A stretch of DNA of 64,000 nucleotides. Source: Candidatus Spechtbacteria bacterium (GTDB taxonomy: Bacteria > Patescibacteriota > Minisyncoccia > Spechtbacterales > JACPHP01). The DNA is taken from positions 16,400-80,399 of the forward strand of contig JACPHP010000003.1 in the NCBI GenBank assembly GCA_016188605.1. Reading direction: 5' to 3'. The translations under genes were made by a program, and so were the position numbers. The notes below the pieces were generated by a model. It was given only the letters and a program-made list of their open reading frames with translations. It did no database searches and was not told where the DNA came from. Shown one piece after another: positions 57,667-64,000 of this stretch (the first letter of the stretch is position 1; each line of letters opens with the position of its first letter).

Positions 57667-60600
57667 TCACACCTCGCACTGCCCGTACCCGCAGGACTCG
57701 TTTATACAGGCGTTACAGCCATTGTCCATTTTAAGTGTCTGCTCTTGGCAGGCTGGGCAAGTGTAAAGCTGCATCTGCGCCGAAATCAAGGATGCGTGCG
57801 GCTTTGCCTCTACTTGCTCGCGTACGTCTGGCTCGTTTTTTGCAAACGTTAACCCCGTTGGAGTAAATTGAATCTGCGCCTCCATGTCAGGCACCGTGCT
57901 ATCCATAATGGCATCTTGTTCTTCCTCTTCCGCGACGCTTTCCGCGATCCTTATCTCATTCTCTAGTACGGCCGCGGTAGATACAGCGGCCGTCACTACT
58001 AGCTGTTCAACTTTTTCCCGCGGCGTAACATCCATCTTTTCTGCCCCCTCTACGATATGTAAATTTTTAACTTCATCTGCTTTCATCCAGCCATAATGCA
58101 AAGCATGAAATACGGTCGTCAATCGCCCACTAGGCAAAACAATCACATCATCACCTTTCACTTCTTTGCCATCCCACTTGTAAACATTATTCTTGTATTC
58201 CTCAATCGCGGATTTTTCTCCAACAGTGCTTAAAATCGCAAAACGAGATCCTTCACGATAGATAGTAATTCCTTTTAATCCCGTGCGCCACGCGTCTAGA
58301 TAAATATTGGAAATAACTTCAGGCTCAATGTCTTCAGGCAAGTTCACGGTAGAAGAAATGCTATGGTCTATATACTGCTGGCACACACCCTGAATTTCCA
58401 CGCGCTTGTCTGGCGCGATGAAATGAGCAGTGCGGAAAAAATGCGTTGGCAAAATACGCTTGAGCTCGTCCATATCTCCCGCATGCTCAACCCGATCTTG
58501 CAAGTTATTCTGCTCAATATACGCAGATACGGTAGAATGGAATACCTTAAACATTTGATTGTGAAAACTCTCCGACCGGCGCGTATAGTACAAAGAAAAT
58601 ATTGGCTCCACGCCAGAGCTAACGCCAATAAAATTCTTCGCGCCAAACTGATAGCTCAACACGATATTGGAAATGCTGCCGGTGGGCGCTATGGAAAGCA
58701 GGGCAATATTGCGCAGGCCTTTTTGCCTCACTATTTCGCGCGTTTCCTCGTTCAAACTCTTTTGGAAAAACTCGCCTCGAGAATATGTTTCATAATCAAA
58801 TATCGGAGAAGACCCTTTTTCCTGCGCGATGTCTGCTGAAGCGCGGTACACCGCGTTTGCAATAAAACTCATCACTCGTTCAATTACCGCGATGCCCTCT
58901 TCGCTGTCGTAACCCATGCCAAGCTCGTTTAACATGTCGGCAATTCCCATCACGCCGATGCCGAGACGCCTCGTTTCCTTAGCCGCGCGTCGCTGTTTCT
59001 CTAAAGGATTTAATGTTTCGTTCCATGTAACTACGTTATCTAGAAAACGAGTTGCCACGGCCGCGGTTTTGGCCATGCCATCCCAATCAATTGAAGCACC
59101 TTCTACATATGGGTTTCGTACAAATCGCGACAAGTTAATGGATCCCAAGTTGCAAGCGCCGCCGTCCTCCAATGGAATCTCGCCGCAATTATGAACGACA
59201 ATTCCATTAGCGACAAAAGAATGGGTTTGTGGCTCGGTCAAATCATAAACCGGCTCTTCTCCACTTGCTTGTATGCTTTCTATCGCAGCCTCAAATCGTT
59301 CTTTATAAGGTCCGCGCACAAAAGAAGCAGTGCTGGCATTTATGCGATCTTGTTTTTGCTTTGACAAAAATCCGATCTCTTTGGCATACACATAAAGACT
59401 AGCGCTGCTTATCATCAAATCATGTTGTGCCTTGCAAAAATATTCCTTTCTGCCTCCATGGCCATCGGGAAGCGGTCGTGTCATAGCTGGTCTCCTATTC
59501 TGATAGATAACACTGTAAATACCAAAACTTAAAAGCATAAGTTGTGTTTTGTGTAGCGCATCAATATCCACACTCGTAAGGCGCACAGAAAATCCTTTCT
59601 TGGCCGTACCCTGGATAGAGCCGTCGGCAGTAAAAAGCGCGCGGAGAAATCCTCGCTGGCATTCTCTCCCCATTTGCAATACATTCACAGGAAAACGCCC
59701 CTCGCACACTCCATAGCGAACCGCAAGATTGGTAATTCCCTGCGAACGAAGGTTTATACTTGCCCCAGAATGTATAGGTGTCAGTTCTCGTCCCGTAGAA
59801 CAAGTAACTGCTTCGCGAAGAGCAGGTAAGCATTCTTGCTTATCATCGCCATAAAAATATAGTATGCTTCTACCGTCATTTTTTGCATTGTAATGGCCAT
59901 CACCCGCAAGCCATCCAAGAGTAAGTCCTTCCTCGTAAGTCCCGTTTCTTCCATACATACCTTCTAATTTACCAACGACAACCTTCTCGCCTTCCTGTAA
60001 TTCTGCCAGTGTCTTCCACCCACTTGGTGTTTGAATACGATGATCTGCGGTCGCCTTCAAAACAAACCCTTCGCGAGTAGTTAAAGTATATGTAGGTTTA
60101 ATTCCAGTTTGCCATACGCGCGCCGCCTCCCCGACCCGACCTCCGTCCAACAGCAGTAATGGTTGTTTGCCTACAAGTTCGCTGATAGGTAAAAGGCCGT
60201 CCACAGTGGAAACAAGCGTGTCGCCTGTAACGCACGGATTTGTGCTTGCGATAGGCCTGCCCGCGTAGTTGGACGGCGACATGCTTGACATGCGCGTCCA
60301 AAATAGCAGCCCCGGCTCTGCCGTGCGGTAATTCCCTTCCACAAACGCGTTCCACAACTCGCGCGCTTTTACCAAACGCTTTACCTCGCCCGTTTGCGCG
60401 GAGTTAAAATACAGCATAAAATCACCGGAGTATTTTATCGCAAAATCACTATCGCTGCGCGGACTTGCTACCAAATAATCGCCAAACATATCGCGGCGGC
60501 CGGCATCACCAAGAATATCATGCGTCAAAGAACCGCAACCCTGCTCTGCCAAAAAAGCATTGAGTTCGGAAATACTGGTGAATGTGCCACGAAGCGTGTA

Positions 60601-62034
60601 GCGCTCAATTGGCTTTGACGGAATGCCGTAGGAATAATTTACCTCACCTCCTTGCGAGATACCAAGCGAACTTACTGACTTATCTTTCTCATAAACCAAA
60701 ATTGCCTCGCCCCCGTGCTCGTTTTGCTCTTCTACCGCGCGCATAAACTCGTCGTTCATTTTTAAGCTGATATTAGCGGAGCGCACCTGCGTGTTTTCTC
60801 GCACCTGGCGTTCAATTTCCGTCATCTGATCGACGGAGAACTTGCCGCTCATCTTGCACTGTTCAAGTATCTGCCTTGTAACCCAGTTAGGATTCTTTTT
60901 TGCTTTCACAAACAGCGGACTGTCAGGATGCTTAATGTCCAACGTCAACATCAAAGCGCCGCGGCGCCCAGACTGGCCGATTAAACCAGTCGTAAGAGAA
61001 TACAACTCCATAAAGGACACGGCGCCTGTGGATTCATCAGCCGCGTTATGCACCACGGACCCTGCCGGACGCAAGGTAGTGATATCAACCCCAATTCCAC
61101 CGCCGTATGAATAAGTACGCGCGCATTCATAAGCCGCTTTGTAAATTGACTCCAGGTTGTCTTCCTCAATCACTGATACAAAACAATTGGCAAGCGTTTT
61201 AAGGCGATACAAGTCGCCAGAGCCTGCCAGTACGCGGCCGCCTGGCATAAAATATCCCTCATACAAAATCTTGTAAAAATCTTCAGCGTGCACCTGCTGG
61301 CGTTTTTCATCCGGCTCAACCGATGCCATGAAAGCGGCGAGGCGCGCAAAAACGTCTTCCGGCCTCTTCTCTAGGCGATTACCCTCCAATGTTTTTAGAT
61401 AATATTTTTTCTGGTAGATTGTTGTAGCAAGCTCGTTATTGCCAAGATAGTTTCCCTCGGGATGCGTAGCCAGCTTGCCGGTTTTCTGCATTGTTTTCAA
61501 ATAGAAAAGGATATTTTTGTATGCTTCAATGCGATCATAGCCAAGGAGCGATGCCAGTTTGCTTTTGTGAGCGAACATGTGCAGCAGAGCGCTTTTTTCT
61601 TTATCGTCACCCTTTGATGCTTCGTTTGCAGCACTGCGCAATTCCGCTCGTTTTGCGCGATACAAAATATATGCTTTCGCTGTTGTGGCATGGCCTTCGT
61701 CAATTAACACTTTTTCTACGATATCCTGAATTTCCTCAACGGTGGGGAATTTTTTTTCTGACTCTTCGATTCTTCGGCATACCACATCGCTCAAACGCTG
61801 TGCTTCATTTTTGTCGTTACCGCCGACTGCCCGCGCGGCACGAAAAATTGCGTTCACCACTTTTTCCTGCTCAAAAGGCACCATTCGCCCGTCGCGCTTT
61901 GCTACTTTTTCAATATTCCAATGTTTTTGCGTGCGTGGCGCGGGCACAGGAGTGCCGTGTACAAGATTACTATGAGCTGATTGTGGTGTATAGCTGGGCA
62001 TAACTTTAAAAATTTTAATTTCTAAAATATTCAA
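57667..62034 (-). CDS. nrdJ: Adenosylcobalamin-dependent (class II) ribonucleotide reductase with N-terminal ATP-cone, interrupted by an intein
   Basis: ATP-cone (KRDGRMVPFEQEKVVNAI), catalytic-core blocks, C-terminal Cys-rich tail; intein junctions STNP|CVTGDT...VVHN|CGEIP. Confidence 0.8.
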   Translation of the reverse strand: MNILEIKIFKVMPSYTPQSAHSNLVHGTPVPAPRTQKHWNIEKVAKRDGRMVPFEQEKVVNAIFRAARAVGGNDKNEAQRLSDVVCRRIEESEKKFPTVEEIQDIVEKVLIDEGHATTAKAYILYRAKRAELRSAANEASKGDDKEKSALLHMFAHKSKLASLLGYDRIEAYKNILFYLKTMQKTGKLATHPEGNYLGNNELATTIYQKKYYLKTLEGNRLEKRPEDVFARLAAFMASVEPDEKRQQVHAEDFYKILYEGYFMPGGRVLAGSGDLYRLKTLANCFVSVIEEDNLESIYKAAYECARTYSYGGGIGVDITTLRPAGSVVHNAADESTGAVSFMELYSLTTGLIGQSGRRGALMLTLDIKHPDSPLFVKAKKNPNWVTRQILEQCKMSGKFSVDQMTEIERQVRENTQVRSANISLKMNDEFMRAVEEQNEHGGEAILVYEKDKSVSSLGISQGGEVNYSYGIPSKPIERYTLRGTFTSISELNAFLAEQGCGSLTHDILGDAGRRDMFGDYLVASPRSDSDFAIKYSGDFMLYFNSAQTGEVKRLVKARELWNAFVEGNYRTAEPGLLFWTRMSSMSPSNYAGRPIASTNPCVTGDTLVSTVDGLLPISELVGKQPLLLLDGGRVGEAARVWQTGIKPTYTLTTREGFVLKATADHRIQTPSGWKTLAELQEGEKVVVGKLEGMYGRNGTYEEGLTLGWLAGDGHYNAKNDGRSILYFYGDDKQECLPALREAVTCSTGRELTPIHSGASINLRSQGITNLAVRYGVCEGRFPVNVLQMGRECQRGFLRALFTADGSIQGTAKKGFSVRLTSVDIDALHKTQLMLLSFGIYSVIYQNRRPAMTRPLPDGHGGRKEYFCKAQHDLMISSASLYVYAKEIGFLSKQKQDRINASTASFVRGPYKERFEAAIESIQASGEEPVYDLTEPQTHSFVANGIVVHNCGEIPLEDGGACNLGSINLSRFVRNPYVEGASIDWDGMAKTAAVATRFLDNVVTWNETLNPLEKQRRAAKETRRLGIGVMGIADMLNELGMGYDSEEGIAVIERVMSFIANAVYRASADIAQEKGSSPIFDYETYSRGEFFQKSLNEETREIVRQKGLRNIALLSIAPTGSISNIVLSYQFGAKNFIGVSSGVEPIFSLYYTRRSESFHNQMFKVFHSTVSAYIEQNNLQDRVEHAGDMDELKRILPTHFFRTAHFIAPDKRVEIQGVCQQYIDHSISSTVNLPEDIEPEVISNIYLDAWRTGLKGITIYREGSRFAILSTVGEKSAIEEYKNNVYKWDGKEVKGDDVIVLPSGRLTTVFHALHYGWMKADEVKNLHIVEGAEKMDVTPREKVEQLVVTAAVSTAAVLENEIRIAESVAEEEEQDAIMDSTVPDMEAQIQFTPTGLTFAKNEPDVREQVEAKPHASLISAQMQLYTCPACQEQTLKMDNGCNACINESCGYGQCEV
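59188..60234 (-). mobile_element. RNR intein (349 aa) with LAGLIDADG endonuclease domain
   Basis: Cys1 at residue 601, terminal HN before Cys+1 at residue 950. LGWLAGDGHY and LRALFTADGSI motifs. Confidence 0.75.
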
Positions 62035-62040
62035 TCATTG

Positions 62041-62083
62041 CGAGGACGAAAGCCAAGCAGTTGGCTTTCGTCCTCGCAATGAC
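62041..62083 (-). promoter_or_regulatory. 20-bp perfect hairpin capped by CUGC immediately upstream of the nrdJ start (minus sense)
   Basis: Minus sense: cattgcgaggacgaaagccaa-CUGC-ttggctttcgtcctcgcaatg, ending 7 nt before the nrdJ ATG. Confidence 0.4.
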
Positions 62084-62359
62084 GTACTAAAAATACAATT
62101 ATAATTTTTGTCTAAGGGATTTTAATAGTAGCACTGACTTGCTTTGTGGCAACCACCTACTTATCCACATGTTTCACCAACCAAAAAACCGCTTCTCTTT
62201 GAGGGAAAACGGCTTTTTTGGTACTGCGCGATATTTCAAACTCTTTAGCAACATTCATTGACCAAGTGACAAATGCAAGATGTGATAAAACTTTGACTTT
62301 CTGACTTCTCGGGGAATCCTTGAAATCCAATCCTTGAGATTAAACCTCGAGCTCGTTCC

Positions 62360-63985
62360 TCACGGCATAGCGTTACTCGTCTGACCCCCCGCCTCATTCG
62401 TATCACTTGCCACTGGCGGTGTTGCATCGGCTGGCGTGCTATCGGCCGTTAAGGTTGCGTCTGATGGTGCGCTCTCTATCGGTGTATCTGTTGACGTATC
62501 TGTTGACGCGCTGTCTATTGTACCTGTTGAAGTTGTATCTGTTGAGGTTAAGCCTCCGTTTTCTTGTTGAGGGTTAACCTCAACGGCGCTAGTTTCTTCT
62601 GATGAAATCTCTGTAGAAATTAAACTTCCGCCATCTTGAAGATTAACTTCACTGGTGCTGTCCGTGGAAGTCTGGCTTCCACTGCTTTGTGTAGTAGTAC
62701 CCGTTGAGGTTAAACCTCCGTCTTCTTGAGGTTTAACCTCTTCAGAAACCTCTTCGGAACTTAAGGTTGATGTATCACCTGAGGTTAAACCTCCATCTTG
62801 TTGAGGTTTAACCTCTGTAACCTCCACGGGGGCCGCATCCAATACTATATTCAATGAATTTAATTTTTCTATCAGCGTGCTATCCGGCTGAACTTTCGCT
62901 ATTACTATCCAGTCAAAGGAGACGCCTTTATTTGTTACGATACCACTCGCTTGCGATGAATCGCGCACCACGAATCCGTATGGGGTACGGCTGTCTACGT
63001 ACAAGGCGCCTGATACGAATTCGTTCGGAGTAATAACAACTTTATAATCCGCTTGCAGTGAGCCTGTCGAACCTGCTTTTACGTTATTCAAACTCGTAAT
63101 AAGCGCTGTAAATGTTGGATGAAATGCAATGAGGCCAGCGGTATCCGTGGTCATGCCCTGTTTCGTAGTGCCACAAGTTGCAGCAACCTGCTCCGCCCAT
63201 TGCTTCACGTTACGCACTTCTGGATTAGCGTTCTTCAAGAGCGCGGTCAATGTATCAACCTCTTCCAAAGACATAGTATTTATATCGCGCTCTGAAAACT
63301 CGCTTGCTGAGATTTGCTGTAAATCACTGCACGAAACGGTCTTTGACGTTCCAGAAATCAGGATTTGGTCACGAGTTGTTTGGAGTGTATAAGTTTTTAC
63401 TTTCATATTTGCTCCGTCTTGAGATTCTGTTTCGAGCTTTGAATCCTCTGCCAAGATTATTGAATTTGTCGCGAAATCATAGCCATCTCCCAGCGCAAAG
63501 ATGTTTACGCGCAGAATTTCAAACGTGCGCGCGATGGCGCTTGCCCACTGGCCTGTGTAATCCTGGCTTCCACTGTTCTGCGGCACGCCATTTGAGTTAG
63601 CCGCCAACTGGCCGGCATCATCAAGCTTTAACTCTAGAGCCGCAACACGCGCCTCCAAATTTTCTTGCTGAACCGCAAGTTCTTTTACTCCAGCGAGCGT
63701 AAGAGTCGCGAGGTTGTACAAGCTAATACCATTGCCCATTGCGTTTACCACAGACTTTGGGGCAGATTCTACTATCAAGCCAAGATGAACTTTAGAATCC
63801 GGTGTTTCTTGCTTGTAGCGGTATGTCGCGATCGGCGAATTCATAATTTGGTCAAGAGCGGTTTTGTTGTCCTCGTCCGTGTAGTAGGAAATATCCTTTT
63901 TAAATTCAGACCTGCTGTATACTTCCCAACCGTCGGAGATAGCACTGCCCAAACCCTGCGCGATTACGAGCGGACGGGAATCCAA
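62360..63985 (-). CDS. S/T-rich tandem-repeat surface protein; N-terminus may extend beyond the window
   Basis: 541 aa. C-terminal repeats of the V(K/N)PQ(Q/E)DGGLTS(T)xT type. N-terminal region with a coiled-coil weakly reminiscent of tail-fibre chaperone-like domains. Confidence 0.45.
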   Translation of the reverse strand: MDSRPLVIAQGLGSAISDGWEVYSRSEFKKDISYYTDEDNKTALDQIMNSPIATYRYKQETPDSKVHLGLIVESAPKSVVNAMGNGISLYNLATLTLAGVKELAVQQENLEARVAALELKLDDAGQLAANSNGVPQNSGSQDYTGQWASAIARTFEILRVNIFALGDGYDFATNSIILAEDSKLETESQDGANMKVKTYTLQTTRDQILISGTSKTVSCSDLQQISASEFSERDINTMSLEEVDTLTALLKNANPEVRNVKQWAEQVAATCGTTKQGMTTDTAGLIAFHPTFTALITSLNNVKAGSTGSLQADYKVVITPNEFVSGALYVDSRTPYGFVVRDSSQASGIVTNKGVSFDWIVIAKVQPDSTLIEKLNSLNIVLDAAPVEVTEVKPQQDGGLTSGDTSTLSSEEVSEEVKPQEDGGLTSTGTTTQSSGSQTSTDSTSEVNLQDGGSLISTEISSEETSAVEVNPQQENGGLTSTDTTSTGTIDSASTDTSTDTPIESAPSDATLTADSTPADATPPVASDTNEAGGQTSNAMP

Positions 63986-64000
63986 AGGAGTTGTGCCGAT

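Noticed and set aside
62084-62360. Possible cobalamin riboswitch upstream of nrdJ
   Set aside because: I could not recognise the B12-box or the conserved riboswitch core by eye. Only the CUGC hairpin is clear, and that is reported separately.

Overview
Contig of moderate GC content (about 40-45%) dominated by housekeeping genes. The short aminoacyl-tRNA synthetase (valS, 734 aa) and IF-2 (525 aa), the inteins in gyrA and a class II RNR, and the many hairpin repeats suggest an uncultivated small-genome (CPR/Patescibacteria-like) bacterium; this is inference. Genes that can be supported: gyrA (with intein), class II RNR (with intein), valS, tsaD, ftsH, infB, rbfA, rplS, an S1-domain protein, ychF, zwf, an HtrA-like protease, a P1B-type ATPase, Hsp20, a VanW protein, an RluA-like synthase, an NrnA-like DHH protein, and about 13 tRNAs. 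The most unusual content is: (1) a minus-strand cluster prkA-yeaH-spoVR-prkA-yeaH (duplicated PrkA/DUF444 pairs around SpoVR), divergently facing two tandem Lon-like S16 proteases with degenerate Walker A motifs. (2) A family of structured elements directly 3' of tRNA-Leu(UAG), tRNA-Leu(UAA) and tRNA-Ser(CGA). Each copies the adjacent tRNA's acceptor and T-stem and carries a conserved CUGC-capped hairpin whose stem covaries. A related split tRNA-like gene surrounds tRNA-Val(UAC), and a 5' tRNA-Arg fragment is separated from the intact tRNA-Arg by an HTH plus LAGLIDADG-like ORF. (3) An abrupt roughly 65% GC island encoding a Zn-ribbon protein. (4) At least four hairpin/inverted-repeat families that bracket single genes (methyltransferase, MBL hydrolase, GIY-YIG nuclease). 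There are also free-standing LAGLIDADG and GIY-YIG endonuclease genes and three tandem pilin-like paralogs. All calls are from reading the sequence and motif recognition; no searches were run.
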